Assembly: GCA_038064675.1 (NCBI GenBank) | Contig: JBBTSM010000002.1 | Coordinates: 6,507 to 70,506, forward strand | Length of the DNA: 64,000 nt | Origin: Patescibacteria group bacterium | Lineage (GTDB): Bacteria > Patescibacteriota > Patescibacteriia > UBA9934 | Reading direction: 5' to 3' | In this document: positions 29,057 to 39,542 of the stretch, piece after piece | How positions within the stretch are numbered: the first letter of the stretch is position 1 | How the letters are laid out: each line of letters begins with the position of its first letter | Translations under genes and position numbers: made by a program | Notes under the pieces: generated by a model | Database searches by the model: none | Seen by the model: only the letters and a program-made list of their open reading frames with translations | Told to the model about the DNA's origin: nothing

Positions 29057-30061
29057 ATGCGGATTTTTGCCATTGAAAGTAGCTGTGACGAGACCGCTGT
29101 GGCGATTCTGAACGGAGTCGATGGCGTTCTTTGCGTTGAGTCATCGCTGATCCGATCGCAGATTGATATTCACACCATATATGGCGGAGTGGTTCCAGAA
29201 GTTGGAGCTCGTCAGCATCTCGAGATGATCTCGCCGATGATCGCAAGGATGGTTCGTCCGGATGGTGCGGGTATTGATGCGATTGCGGTGACGGCGGGTC
29301 CTGGTCTTGCTCCGGCCCTACGGGTTGGTGTGGAGGTCGCAAAAACGTTAGCGTGGGCGTGGAGGAAGCCGCTTATCCCGGTTTGTCATCTCGAGGGGCA
29401 CATTTACGCAAACTGGATCGATAGTGTTCCGGAGTTTCCTGTGCTTGCATTGATCGTTTCCGGTGGACATACGGAGCTCGTTCTTATGCGTGATCACGGA
29501 AACTTTGAACGGCTTGGTGAGACGCTCGACGATGCCGCGGGAGAAGCATTCGATAAAGTCGCGAGGATGATGGGGCTTCCATATCCGGGCGGCCCGGCTG
29601 TTGATCGGCTTGCGGTGCAGGGCAACCCGAAGGCTTTCACATTTCCAAGACCGATGATGAATCGAGACGACGCAATGTTCAGTTTCTCCGGTTTAAAGAC
29701 TGCGGTGTTGTATGAGCTGAGGAAGAATGAATCTCGAATGGCGGACGAATCGTTCCGTGCCGACATCGCCGCATCGTTTCAAGAAGCGATCGTCGAGACG
29801 CTCGTCGAAAAAACGATGCGTACGGCGTGGAAGTGCATGCCAAAGAGTATTATTCTCGCGGGCGGTGTTGCGGCGAATGCGCAATTGCGAGATCGGCTGA
29901 AGACGGCAACGGAAGATCGGGGCATGACGATGCATTTGCCGCCGTTTCAATACTCTCTTGATAACGCGGCAATGATCGGTGCTGCGGGATATTTTCGAGC
30001 CGTGCGTGGCATCAGTGCCGATCCGCTGACGTTGGTTGTGGATCCGAACCAGGACATATGA
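29057..30061 (+). CDS. tsaD: tRNA N6-threonylcarbamoyladenosine synthase TsaD (Kae1/Gcp)
   Basis: It begins MRIFAIESSCDETAVAIL. It has HxxH metal motifs. Confidence 0.9.
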   Translation: MRIFAIESSCDETAVAILNGVDGVLCVESSLIRSQIDIHTIYGGVVPEVGARQHLEMISPMIARMVRPDGAGIDAIAVTAGPGLAPALRVGVEVAKTLAWAWRKPLIPVCHLEGHIYANWIDSVPEFPVLALIVSGGHTELVLMRDHGNFERLGETLDDAAGEAFDKVARMMGLPYPGGPAVDRLAVQGNPKAFTFPRPMMNRDDAMFSFSGLKTAVLYELRKNESRMADESFRADIAASFQEAIVETLVEKTMRTAWKCMPKSIILAGGVAANAQLRDRLKTATEDRGMTMHLPPFQYSLDNAAMIGAAGYFRAVRGISADPLTLVVDPNQDI

Positions 30062-30498
30062 CCGATACGACCTATAAGACCAATGCTCCTGAAGAAACTC
30101 AGGCGGTCGCCGCCGAGCTTGCGCAACATCTTGTTGGTGGTGAGTTCATTGCGTTGATCGGCGATCTTGGTGCGGGGAAGACCACGTTTACCCAAGGGCT
30201 TGTTGCCGCGATTGGATCGACAGCCCGCGTAAAATCGCCGACGTTTACCGTCATGAATGAATACGCAGTCTCGAGTCACCCAACAATTCGTCGAGTGGTC
30301 CATTGCGATTTCTATCGATTCACAAAGGCAGAAGAACTCGGCGCTCTCGAGCTTGATGAGTATCGGCGGCTTGATACGGTGATTATTGCTGAATGGCCCG
30401 ACGTGTTGCCTACCGTGGCATGGGAACCGACATATACGGTCAGGATCGAACATGAAGATGAGCAATCTCGGACGATTACGATTGAAGAGGGGATGTGA
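30058..30498 (+). CDS. tsaE: t6A ATPase TsaE (YjeE)
   Basis: It has the P-loop GDLGAGKTTFTQGL. It overlaps tsaD by 4 bp. Confidence 0.8.
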   Translation: MTDTTYKTNAPEETQAVAAELAQHLVGGEFIALIGDLGAGKTTFTQGLVAAIGSTARVKSPTFTVMNEYAVSSHPTIRRVVHCDFYRFTKAEELGALELDEYRRLDTVIIAEWPDVLPTVAWEPTYTVRIEHEDEQSRTITIEEGM

Positions 30499-30660
30499 TA
30501 GGGTGATATTATGTTCACCGAATGGAGTTATCGACTAGGACTTTTCCATTTTAGACCAGTTTCGATGAACGATGAGAAATCTTCCGAGGTGTACTTCGTG
30601 GTACATTGAGGAAGATTTCGATATCGTGAGTCGAAAATGGGCAAAATGGGGAAGTCCTAT

Positions 30661-31377
30661 ATGAGAACAGCGCGTTTTTTTGTCCCCGCAGATTGGATTG
30701 CGCAAAGCGCGCAGGCCTTTTCGATTCCGGCGGGTTCGATACACAAACAGATTGTTTCCGTGCTTCGGATGAAGCCATCGGATCATATCAGTCTGTGCCC
30801 GAACGACGGAACAGAAATTGATTGTGAAATTACGGAGATTACCAAGGCAGCAATCCTCGGAAAGATTGTTGGATCTCGAACGGCCGAGCCGTTGCGCCCA
30901 TCAATCACTGTGTGTGCGGCGATCACGAAGCGCGACACGTTCGAGTGGACGTTGCAGAAATGCACAGAGATTGGTGCGACGGCGTTTATTCCGATGATCA
31001 CCGACCGCGTGATTAAAAAGACGAAGGAGGTTCCGGCGCGATGGATGGATATTCTTCGTGAGGCGAGCGAGCAGTCTGGCCGGACGACACTTCCAATGAT
31101 CCACGATCCGTCATCGCTGAAGTCGGCAATTGAACAGACGGCGAAGTTCGATCGAATCGTTCTTCACGAGTCGGTTGGAAAGGTTGCGCCAATGCCAAAG
31201 GTTCGCGTGATGGACCACGTTGCGCTATTTATCGGACCAGAAGGGGGATTTTCCGATACCGAGATCGAAGAGCTGCGATCGGCGGGATCGACGATCGTTC
31301 AGATCGGCGACCTGGTGATGCGCGCCGAAACCGCGGCCACGGTTGCAACGGCGCTTATTCGATTTGGGGCAATATAG
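30661..31377 (+). CDS. rsmE: 16S rRNA (uracil1498-N3)-methyltransferase RsmE
   Basis: It has an N-terminal PUA-like domain plus a SPOUT domain (GPEGGFS). The start is chosen at MRTARFFVP. Confidence 0.8.
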   Translation: MRTARFFVPADWIAQSAQAFSIPAGSIHKQIVSVLRMKPSDHISLCPNDGTEIDCEITEITKAAILGKIVGSRTAEPLRPSITVCAAITKRDTFEWTLQKCTEIGATAFIPMITDRVIKKTKEVPARWMDILREASEQSGRTTLPMIHDPSSLKSAIEQTAKFDRIVLHESVGKVAPMPKVRVMDHVALFIGPEGGFSDTEIEELRSAGSTIVQIGDLVMRAETAATVATALIRFGAI

Positions 31378-31460
31378 TCAGAAAGTTGTTCTTTTTTGGA
31401 ATTTTTGTTAGGATTTTCTGTCCCGAGCATCTCGCTCGGTGGCAGCCACACAGGTGATTC

Positions 31461-32627
31461 GTGGATTCTCCTCTCTCCATCGCCGTTCGCCGCGGTCTCG
31501 TTCGCGAGCTTGTCCAATATCCGCTCTCCTACGAGGAGATCGGGCAGGTGCTCGGCTTCGATGTCAGTACGATTGCGAACGACATCAGTGCGCTCCGGCG
31601 GGCAGGCGATCCGATCGCTCGCTCGAAGCCGTCGTACGCCGTACGACTCGCGGTCTACGTGCAGACCCTCAACGCGGAATCGCTGGATCTGAGTCCGGAG
31701 ATCACGATCGAGGTGCAAAAAGCGCTCCATTTCGGCCTCAACCTCGACGGGTTCGAAGTGGTGACGCGTGCCATGATCGATGGCATCAACATGGCCCGTG
31801 CGCCGAAGATTCCGCCCCATCTCTGGAACACCCAGCGGCTGGTGCACGCCATCTTCGGCTATGCCGCGCCCATCGACCAGTTCCTTTTCCGGCCGTGGGA
31901 TCCGCGTTTCAACGGACGCAAGATCGATCTTGCGGACGAAATGGCACGGCAGTGGTATCCACGGATGCTCTCGAGCGGCGTCGATCTCGTGAGCACGGTG
32001 AAGAATCATGTGGATCTCGCCCGCCAGTTCGTGGCGTTCCACGTGTACGAAGGGCAAGTGATGGAGCACCATATCGCTCCCATCAATCCGGATCGTCCGG
32101 CCAGCTGCCGCGCGGACGTGGTGGTGGGCAACGCCGTCAAGGAGCGGCTGGACAATGCGCTGGCCGCGCTGAGCAGTCGTTATCGTGAAGTGCTGCGCCT
32201 TCGTTACCCGGAAGACGGGAGTGAGGGGGAAGAGCTGTCCAAGATCGGGAAGCGCATGGAGCTCAGCCGCGAGCGCATCCGGCAGATCGAAGCCGAGGCT
32301 CTGAAAGAGATGCGAACGTTCCTCGTGGCGGACGACGTTGACATCCATCCGGTGTCCACGTTCGCCGCCGTGGTTGCGAATGTTCGGAATCTGGCCAGGC
32401 GCTACACCCCCGAGAATCCTGCCGATCTCTACCTTACCGGTTCCATCGCCGAACTCAATCTCTCGCCTCGTGCACAGGCGGTGATCGAGGAGCTCGGTTT
32501 GAGTCGGGTCTTTGAACTTCGCGGGGAAGGCTCTGGAAATATTCTCCATGCGGTGAACGGGGGGCGGAGTGTGGCCGATGAAGTGAAGTCGGCGCTCGAT
32601 AGGATCGAGGCTCGCTCGAAATGCTGA
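31461..32627 (+). CDS. sigma-70 region-4-containing protein with C-terminal HhH (alpha-CTD-like) segment; atypical architecture; GC-rich insert
   Basis: The region 4 HTH is LSSRYREVLRLRY...EELSKIGKRMELSRERIRQIEAEAL. The C-terminal segment is LSPRAQAVIEELGLSRVFEL. The region is about 60% GC. Confidence 0.5.
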   Translation: MDSPLSIAVRRGLVRELVQYPLSYEEIGQVLGFDVSTIANDISALRRAGDPIARSKPSYAVRLAVYVQTLNAESLDLSPEITIEVQKALHFGLNLDGFEVVTRAMIDGINMARAPKIPPHLWNTQRLVHAIFGYAAPIDQFLFRPWDPRFNGRKIDLADEMARQWYPRMLSSGVDLVSTVKNHVDLARQFVAFHVYEGQVMEHHIAPINPDRPASCRADVVVGNAVKERLDNALAALSSRYREVLRLRYPEDGSEGEELSKIGKRMELSRERIRQIEAEALKEMRTFLVADDVDIHPVSTFAAVVANVRNLARRYTPENPADLYLTGSIAELNLSPRAQAVIEELGLSRVFELRGEGSGNILHAVNGGRSVADEVKSALDRIEARSKC

Positions 32628-32687
32628 TCTCTAGCTTCGACGAGATCTGATCGGCAACAGAACGGGTTCTGGGTACAACGCCCGCGT

Positions 32688-32720
32688 GGGCCGCCTTCAG
32701 GGGCGGCCCACTTTCTTTTC
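32688..32720 (+). terminator. rho-independent terminator after sigma-like gene
   Basis: GGGCCGCC-ttcag-GGGCGGCCC is followed by ACTTTCTTTTC. Confidence 0.5.
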
Positions 32721-32741
32721 GAATGATTTCTTAAACCATAG

Positions 32742-32825
32742 GAGCGATTTGGCGATCTCGTGATGCGCGCTGAGACTGTGGCCATCATCGGCACGGCGCT
32801 GATCCGATTCTCCACAATAGGCTAG
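32742..32825 (+). pseudogene. duplicated, diverged 3' fragment of rsmE (ERFGDLVMRAETVAIIGTALIRFSTIG*)
   Basis: It is about 75% nt and 70% aa identical to the rsmE C-terminus at 31306..31377 (IGDLVMRAETAATVATALIRFGAI*). It is a stand-alone in-frame remnant. Confidence 0.55.
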
Positions 32826-32827
32826 GG

Positions 32828-33226
32828 TTGATCATGGTAGAATATTTTACCATTTCATGGGGTGCTTTCATGCTCGGAGTTTACCTGAAGCCTGTCGATC
32901 GTGCGGAACTTACTGCCCTTCTGCAGGCCAGATCCAATCGGCCCGAGCGGTACAGGCTTTTTCGGGAAGTACATCGACTCGTTGATGTGCTTGAGTTCTT
33001 GCGCGCGCAAGCAAATACCGTGCAAGACCTTCGTGACCTTACCACTCGCTTCCCGGGAAATCCGGAGCTGAACAACCCCGCCGATACGCGGCCGGTGAGT
33101 CGTGTGGTCCGTTGGATGGAAAGCCATGGTGTCGTGAAGCGCAGGATGCTTGGCTACCAGCTTTGCTGGGAATCTGAAGATGCTTTCGGAATGCACGTTC
33201 TCGATCTCGTGTGGGGTCGGCGATAG
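32828..33226 (+). CDS. hypothetical protein
   Basis: The ORF is 132 aa. No motif was recognised. Confidence 0.3.
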   Translation: MIMVEYFTISWGAFMLGVYLKPVDRAELTALLQARSNRPERYRLFREVHRLVDVLEFLRAQANTVQDLRDLTTRFPGNPELNNPADTRPVSRVVRWMESHGVVKRRMLGYQLCWESEDAFGMHVLDLVWGRR

Positions 33227-33436
33227 CGCATTGGAATCGCATACGCTCTCGAGCCACCAAACGGTGTGGCTCGTTGCTGTTTTTGTTGAGTTCTTTTGAG
33301 AATTATGCTAGGGTTCTTGGTCATTATCCATGACGCCAATTTTAGAGTTCGTACAAAAATGGGAGGAATCTAGAGGGATTTCACGAGTATGAATTCTTGG
33401 GCGACGCGCTTCTTCCGAATGGTGGAGCGCGTCGTT

Positions 33437-35308
33437 TTATAATCCGAGGTTCCGTTTTACTTCTTCAATCGACGTGATGCCGTCAACTGCCTTCAAGAGA
33501 CCATCTTGGGTCATGGTTACCATGCCCTGTACTTTACCAAGTTCTCGCATGTCGTACTCACTGATAGTGCCTTTTTCGATGATCGTCTTTTCAAGATCCA
33601 CGGTTTTGATCAGAATCTCGTACGCACCAACGCGGCCTTTGTAGCCGGTGTTATTACATTTGTCGCAGCCTTTTGGCCCGTAGAATTTAAGATTTGCGGT
33701 ATCCACCTTCGCTTCGCCGGATGCTTCCGGAATTTCGTCCAGATGTTTTTTGACGTCCACGAGTGTTTCCGTGTCGATTTCCACGATCTGTTTACACTCT
33801 TTGCAGAGTTTGCGTAGCAGACGCTGACCCATGATTGCGTTTAACGCTGGAGCAAGAAGATGCGGTGCGAGTCCCATCGATAAGAATCGCGGAATGGCTC
33901 CGGCGGCATCGTTGGTGTGAATTGTTGAAAGGAGAAGGTGACCGGTGAGTGCGGCCTGAACAGCAATCTCGGCAGTGTCGAGATCGCGAATTTCTCCAAC
34001 CATCACGATGTCTGGATCTTGACGGAGAATCGAGCGCAGACCTTTCGCAAAGGTGTAGTCCTTACTGTAGTCAATTTGGCTCTGGTTGATGCCTTCGACT
34101 TTATATTCCACCGGATCTTCGAGGGTGATGATTTTCACGTCTGACGTGTTGAGCTTGCGGAGAATAGCGTACAGCGTGGTGGTTTTACCGCTTCCCGTTG
34201 GTCCGGTGGTAATAATCATGCCGTTTGGCTTTTCGATTTCTTTCTGGAGTTTCTTCAACGATGCTGGGCGGAAGCCGAGTGCTTCGAATTCGACGGCGAT
34301 CGAATCTGGATTGAGCAAACGCATAACCACAGATTCTCCGAAGGATGTCGGGATCGTTGAAACACGAACGTCAATTTCTTTGTTTTTTTGGTAAATCGTA
34401 AATCGACCGTCCTGTGCTTGGTCGTTCACGTTAATTTTTAAGCTCGAGATGAGTTTGATGCGTCCGATAATCTTTTTCCATTGGTCTGCGGCCAGTTTCG
34501 CGACATCCTGAAGGATGCCGTCTACCCGGAAACGCACGGCAATACCCTTCTCTTCGGCTTCGATGTGGATGTCGGAGGATCCGAGTTTGAGCGACGCAGC
34601 GATGACGACGGCAATGACATCAGTAACGTTGGAATGCTCCAGAACGCCGGCGATAGACGAGAAATCCGTCATCTGCGCTTGGAACTTCACAATTTCCTCT
34701 TCCGTAATTTGTACGCCTTTGACGATTGGCTTGATCTTCGGCAGCGCATCGTACATCTTGATACCTTGTACGAAGCTTTCTTCGCTCATGATGTACACTG
34801 CGGTGTTGGTTTTGTGCCGTTCGCCAAGCTCGAATGCAAGTTCTTTGATACGGGGATCTTCCGGTTGCGTAGATCCAATGCGAAGTTCCGGGCCGGTGAA
34901 CAGAAACGAAATCGCTTTAAGTTGCTTTGCCTGCTCCTCCGGAATGAGCACGAGTGCATCTGGACTAATTGGGAATCCCTTGAGGTTGATGTAGGGAATC
35001 TTTTTGGTTTGCGATGCACGCTCTACCTCTGTTTCCCGTTCGCGAAGCGAGATGTTCTGCATTTTTTCCGTCAACTTGGACGATGTTTCGTTGCCGCCAA
35101 TGATGATGGATGCTTTCGCGGTAGGTGGGGGAGTCGCTGGTGCTTCAACGACGGAGGCCGGTGCTGAAGTGGTTGGGCCTGGCGTTTGTGTTGCGGTTGG
35201 GATTGTCGCGGGTTCGGTTGAAGTTTGTGCAACCGTAACTGGAGCCGGTGTGCTATCGGCGGTTTTCTTTTTCAACAGGTCTGCAATGGATGGAAGGTTT
35301 CCTGGCAT
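33437..35308 (-). CDS. pilB: type IV pilus / type II secretion assembly ATPase (PilB/GspE family)
   Basis: Walker A GPTGSGKTT is present. Asp box, Walker B and His box are present. The C-terminal CxxC...CxxC (CKEC...CDKC) is present. Confidence 0.85.
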   Translation of the reverse strand: MPGNLPSIADLLKKKTADSTPAPVTVAQTSTEPATIPTATQTPGPTTSAPASVVEAPATPPPTAKASIIIGGNETSSKLTEKMQNISLRERETEVERASQTKKIPYINLKGFPISPDALVLIPEEQAKQLKAISFLFTGPELRIGSTQPEDPRIKELAFELGERHKTNTAVYIMSEESFVQGIKMYDALPKIKPIVKGVQITEEEIVKFQAQMTDFSSIAGVLEHSNVTDVIAVVIAASLKLGSSDIHIEAEEKGIAVRFRVDGILQDVAKLAADQWKKIIGRIKLISSLKINVNDQAQDGRFTIYQKNKEIDVRVSTIPTSFGESVVMRLLNPDSIAVEFEALGFRPASLKKLQKEIEKPNGMIITTGPTGSGKTTTLYAILRKLNTSDVKIITLEDPVEYKVEGINQSQIDYSKDYTFAKGLRSILRQDPDIVMVGEIRDLDTAEIAVQAALTGHLLLSTIHTNDAAGAIPRFLSMGLAPHLLAPALNAIMGQRLLRKLCKECKQIVEIDTETLVDVKKHLDEIPEASGEAKVDTANLKFYGPKGCDKCNNTGYKGRVGAYEILIKTVDLEKTIIEKGTISEYDMRELGKVQGMVTMTQDGLLKAVDGITSIEEVKRNLGL

Positions 35309-35310
35309 GG

Positions 35311-36333
35311 TTATCGAGAGAGCGCGCGGCGTGTGTGATGATGGAATCGTGAAGCAAACGGTGCGCGGTCCAGATACTCAGCGAGTAATGTCCACACGGC
35401 GTACGTAAATGTGGTCATGAATCCGGCCATGCAGACGGTAAACACCATGGCGGCGAACGTTCCAATGAGCGCAATGCCAATCATGATGCCGAGTGATCCC
35501 TGCGCGAGTGCTTCAGCAAAAAGGAATCCGGTTGGGAGTGCAAGGACTGTCAGGCCAAAGAAGAATGCAATCGTGAGCACGAGGTTTGCGGCAAAGACAA
35601 GGAGCGCCACTTCACACGCCACCAATGGGTGCCGCATGAATCGCGCGCAGCCTTCCCGAATTCCATCGAGGATAGAGACGTGTTCTTCGCCAACCGCGAT
35701 TAACGTGAGCATGGCAATGACATTTAGGACGAATGCAACAAAGAGCGTTGCCGCAGCGAGGAGAATTGCTGTTGCGCCGCCCGCAGGAATGTTGGTTGGA
35801 AGCTCGCGGATCAATGCTCCTCCGCCACCAAGTACGATGAAGATCGCAACATGGAAAAGGAGGTCGACGCCGAGAATACGGAGGAAGTGATGATGATGGA
35901 GCGCGCGAAGGAGGTCGCGACCGGTGAGGCGCTTTTTTCGGTGTACTGATCGGTGCATTGCTACAAGGAGGAGCTGTTGGCACAGCGTCACGATGAATGA
36001 TCCACCAAGAATAACAGCGCAAATACCGAGTGTAGCGGTAATGATATGCGCGGTGCCAGAAGACAATACAAGCCCGGCGTAGCTGCGGATGAATGTTGCG
36101 AAGTCTCCGCCGATAATGTTCACCACATCAATGCCTGGCGTGAGCGCAATCTCGGCTTGTTGCAACAGGTCGTTCACCACAACGCCGGTGCCAGCCAAGC
36201 CAGCAAGAACGGCAAAGGGCCAAAGCTCTTTGTGTTCCCACGCGGTTTGCAATGCACGCCAAAGCATTGGTCGGTAAATTGGACTTTCACTTTTCATTTT
36301 CATACTCCTCCGAGAATGAGCAAAGTATACCAC
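35311..36333 (-). CDS. polytopic membrane protein (function unknown)
   Basis: It has about 8 TM helices. It lacks PilC signature repeats. Its end is adjacent to the pilB start. Confidence 0.45.
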   Translation of the reverse strand: MVYFAHSRRSMKMKSESPIYRPMLWRALQTAWEHKELWPFAVLAGLAGTGVVVNDLLQQAEIALTPGIDVVNIIGGDFATFIRSYAGLVLSSGTAHIITATLGICAVILGGSFIVTLCQQLLLVAMHRSVHRKKRLTGRDLLRALHHHHFLRILGVDLLFHVAIFIVLGGGGALIRELPTNIPAGGATAILLAAATLFVAFVLNVIAMLTLIAVGEEHVSILDGIREGCARFMRHPLVACEVALLVFAANLVLTIAFFFGLTVLALPTGFLFAEALAQGSLGIMIGIALIGTFAAMVFTVCMAGFMTTFTYAVWTLLAEYLDRAPFASRFHHHTRRALSR

Positions 36334-36375
36334 TCAAAAACAAAACCACGATCGCGAGGATCGTGGTTTTTGTCA

Positions 36376-38247
36376 CTAGCCCTGTACTGGAAGTGGTACA
36401 AGAGTTTCCGCTTTTACTGCTGGACCGATGAGGGCAATGAATTCCTCCTTCTCGATGGTTTCCTTTTCAAGCAAGTGCTTCACGATAGCGTCCATTTGCG
36501 TGCGTTGCTTGCGGATAATTCCGCGAGCAGTTTCCTTTGCGGCATTGAGGAGCACGTTGATTTCGTCGTCGATGCGTTCTGCAATCTTTTCCGAATATCC
36601 GCGCTGCTCATTCATCTGCTTTCCAAGGAAAATCATCTCGTCTTGTCCGCCGTATGTGCGAGGGCCAAGCGCGTCGCTCATGCCGTACTGGGTAACGAGT
36701 TCACGAGCGAGATTCGTTGCACGTTGAAGATCGTTTGACGCTCCTGTTGTCAGATCCCCGAAGATTTCCTGTTCGGCAACGTAGCCGCCGAGCATCATCG
36801 CAAGTTCGTCTACGAATTCACGGCGTGAGTGCATCTTCTTGTCCTCGTCTGGAATGCTCATGGTGTATCCAGCAGCACGACCACGAGAGATAATGGAGAC
36901 TTTGTGCACGTCGTCGCAGTGCGGAAGCATGTGGCCAACAATGGCGTGGCCAGATTCGTGATACGCCGTAATGCTTCGTTCAATAGGGGAGAGCATGTGG
37001 CTCTTGCGTTCTGGCCCGAGCAATACCTTCTCGATGCTATTGAGCAAATCTTCTTGCATGATGGTTTTGCGATTGCGGCGCGCAGCGAAGATTGCGGCTT
37101 CGTTCATGATGTTCATGAGGTCGGCTCCAGAAAGTCCGGTGGTGCGTTCTGCGACGCGCTTCAAATCCGCGCTTGCATCAAGTGGCTTGCCTTCGGCGTG
37201 GATTTTGAGAATCGCCTCGCGATCCTTCAAGTCTGGACGATCAAGCGTGACGCGACGATCGAAGCGTCCTGGACGAAGCAATGCGGAATCGAGGACGTCT
37301 GGGCGGTTTGTTGCAGCAATCACGATGACGCCAAGGTTCGGCTCGAAGCCGTCCATTTCCACAAGAATCTGGTTGAGCGTTTGCTCGCGCTCGTCGTGTC
37401 CGCCCCCAAGGCCAGCACCACGCTGACGACCAACCGCATCGATTTCGTCGATGAAGACGATGCACGGCGCAGCTTTCTTTGCCTTTGCAAACAAGTCACG
37501 GACGCGGCTTGCGCCAACACCCACAAACATTTCAACGAATTCGGATCCAGAGATATGGAAGAACGGCACTTCGGCCTCGCCAGCAACGGCGCGAGCAATG
37601 AGGGTTTTACCGGTTCCTGGAGGGCCCATGAGGAGCACGCCTTTTGGAATTTTTGCGCCGAGGTCGGCGAATTTCTTTGGGGTTTTAAGGAATTCAACAA
37701 TTTCAGAAAGCTCTTCCTTCGCCTCAGGATTTCCTGCAACGTCGGCAAATGTAAGCTTGTTCTTTTTGTTCGTCACTTCGCGTGCGCCGCTTTGGCCGAA
37801 TGTCATGGCTTTGCTGTTCGCGCCTTGCATTTGGCGAAGCAAAAACCACAGCACCACGGAAAGAACGATGACGATTGCTGCCGTCGGCAAGACGTTTCGC
37901 GCAAAGGTGACCGCTGCGCTTGGTTCGTCGATTTGCACCGTAAGGCCGGAGCGAATTTCCGAGCTGACGTTGTCGCTGTCCAACAGATCGTTAAACGACT
38001 GGCCAGGTTCTTTTCGCGCAACAAACACCGTGTTGTCCGTGCTGGTTGCGGTGACAGTGTCTTCAACGACGGTTACTTTTGTGATTTCTTTACTCTCGAT
38101 TTTATCCATGAGCGCCGAAATGCTTACCGATTCCGTTTTGGTTTGCGACGGGATGGTTGCATTGGCGAAAATGACACCGAGGACGACGAGCACAAGAAGG
38201 AATCCGATGGCATTTTTTGATAATGGTTTCATAGGAAATTGAAGCAT
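36376..38247 (-). CDS. ftsH: ATP-dependent zinc metalloprotease FtsH
   Basis: The AAA Walker A is GPPGTGKT. The SRH is present. The zinc site is HESGHAIVG. Confidence 0.9.
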   Translation of the reverse strand: MLQFPMKPLSKNAIGFLLVLVVLGVIFANATIPSQTKTESVSISALMDKIESKEITKVTVVEDTVTATSTDNTVFVARKEPGQSFNDLLDSDNVSSEIRSGLTVQIDEPSAAVTFARNVLPTAAIVIVLSVVLWFLLRQMQGANSKAMTFGQSGAREVTNKKNKLTFADVAGNPEAKEELSEIVEFLKTPKKFADLGAKIPKGVLLMGPPGTGKTLIARAVAGEAEVPFFHISGSEFVEMFVGVGASRVRDLFAKAKKAAPCIVFIDEIDAVGRQRGAGLGGGHDEREQTLNQILVEMDGFEPNLGVIVIAATNRPDVLDSALLRPGRFDRRVTLDRPDLKDREAILKIHAEGKPLDASADLKRVAERTTGLSGADLMNIMNEAAIFAARRNRKTIMQEDLLNSIEKVLLGPERKSHMLSPIERSITAYHESGHAIVGHMLPHCDDVHKVSIISRGRAAGYTMSIPDEDKKMHSRREFVDELAMMLGGYVAEQEIFGDLTTGASNDLQRATNLARELVTQYGMSDALGPRTYGGQDEMIFLGKQMNEQRGYSEKIAERIDDEINVLLNAAKETARGIIRKQRTQMDAIVKHLLEKETIEKEEFIALIGPAVKAETLVPLPVQG

Positions 38248-38345
38248 CAATGTTTCGAAATGATGACAGAAAAAAGCCCAAAAAGCAAACGAGCCGCCCT
38301 TGCGTGGGGCGACCCGTCGTGCCTGATGAATGTGTGCTCTGGTTG

Positions 38346-39500
38346 CTACACCAGGGCGAGGATCTGCCGACCGACCGTGTCGTTGCTGCTGCTTCGCAGC
38401 CGGTAGCCTCCGCAGTCGTCGAGGACGCCACGTTCTGCGAGCCAGCGAATGGCGCGCTCGACGAGCCGTTCCGCGACGCGCTGTGTGTCGCCGACCATGC
38501 AGCGCATCCGGTAGACGATGATCGCCATCGTCAGCGGTGTACTTTCAGTCTTCATGACCTTGAGCACTCCGGCGACTCCCTGGGCGACGGATTTCGTCTG
38601 ATTGGGGAGGTGCGCCTGTAGCGCCTCCGCGAGCGTTCTCGGTGCCGGAATCTCCGGCCGAGGCAGCGCGATGATCGCGACCGCCTCCTTGAATGCGGGG
38701 GCGGCGATCGGTGGAGCGGCTGCCGGCGTGTGCCTTGGCTTGAACCCGCGCGTGAGGTGCTTCTCCTGACGGAGGAGGTTCCCTGCGACGGTGCGAAAGT
38801 TCTTTTTTCTTCCGTTCTTCCGCCAGCAATCCAGTACGGCTTCGAATTGCGGATGCGCCAGCATCGCGAGCGCGTTGGCCGGGCTACGGAGGTCGTCCGC
38901 AAGCAATGCTCGGTGCTGGAGCAGCTCCACGAAGACGACTTGCGCTTCGCGCGGCTGCGCGAGGAACACTCGCACCGTGGAGAGCGCGACTTCGAGGGGG
39001 ACGCCCTGAGAGCGGAAGGCATGAGCAGCGTGCGCAGCTTCCTTCGCATTCTGTTTTCCGTCGGGCATCAGGCACCAGCAGCCGAACGCCACAGGCCACC
39101 ACGTGGTGGCGGTTGCTGCACCATGTCCGTGGAAGAATCGCGCCTTGCGGTCGTGGAGCATGTGCTCACCTTTCCAGATTTGGAAGGCGAAGAAGTTTGG
39201 GTTCATCTCGCAGCATGACGTCAGGACGATGTCTGCCATGGCGGCTACCCTCGCGAGGTCGTTCGAGCGGCCACCCATGTCCAACACCAGGAACGCGGTG
39301 ACGTCGATGCCATCGTGGCTCGAGTGTCGGGTGGCCATCTGGAAGAAGGTGGTCAGCGCGTCGATGACTTCTGCCATTGCGCGGATACCGAAGAGGGGAG
39401 GGGCGACGTCGATCTCTTGCATTGAAAAACCCTTGCCGGCAGCGCGGTATGCGCTTTGGGCAGAGAAGTATTCCCATACTTTCACGGTTTCGTCAATCAA
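38346..39500 (-). CDS. hypothetical protein, GC-rich patch between ftsH and rpsA
   Basis: The patch is about 62% GC. The ORF is 384 aa. It is followed by a GC hairpin with an ACGCAA loop at 38283..38310. The start is uncertain (TTG or internal). Confidence 0.4.
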   Translation of the reverse strand: MIDETVKVWEYFSAQSAYRAAGKGFSMQEIDVAPPLFGIRAMAEVIDALTTFFQMATRHSSHDGIDVTAFLVLDMGGRSNDLARVAAMADIVLTSCCEMNPNFFAFQIWKGEHMLHDRKARFFHGHGAATATTWWPVAFGCWCLMPDGKQNAKEAAHAAHAFRSQGVPLEVALSTVRVFLAQPREAQVVFVELLQHRALLADDLRSPANALAMLAHPQFEAVLDCWRKNGRKKNFRTVAGNLLRQEKHLTRGFKPRHTPAAAPPIAAPAFKEAVAIIALPRPEIPAPRTLAEALQAHLPNQTKSVAQGVAGVLKVMKTESTPLTMAIIVYRMRCMVGDTQRVAERLVERAIRWLAERGVLDDCGGYRLRSSSNDTVGRQILALV

Positions 39501-39527
39501 AAAACCGCCAACACTGGCGGTTTTTTG
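39499..39527 (-). terminator. rho-independent terminator of rpsA
   Basis: AAAAAACCGCC-aacact-GGCGGTTTTTT. Confidence 0.5.
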
Positions 39528-39542
39528 TGACGTAGCGAATGA

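Noticed and set aside
36829-38220. 463-aa plus ORF antisense to ftsH
   Set aside because: The ftsH reading frame carries unmistakable AAA and HEXXH motifs. The plus ORF is an artefact.
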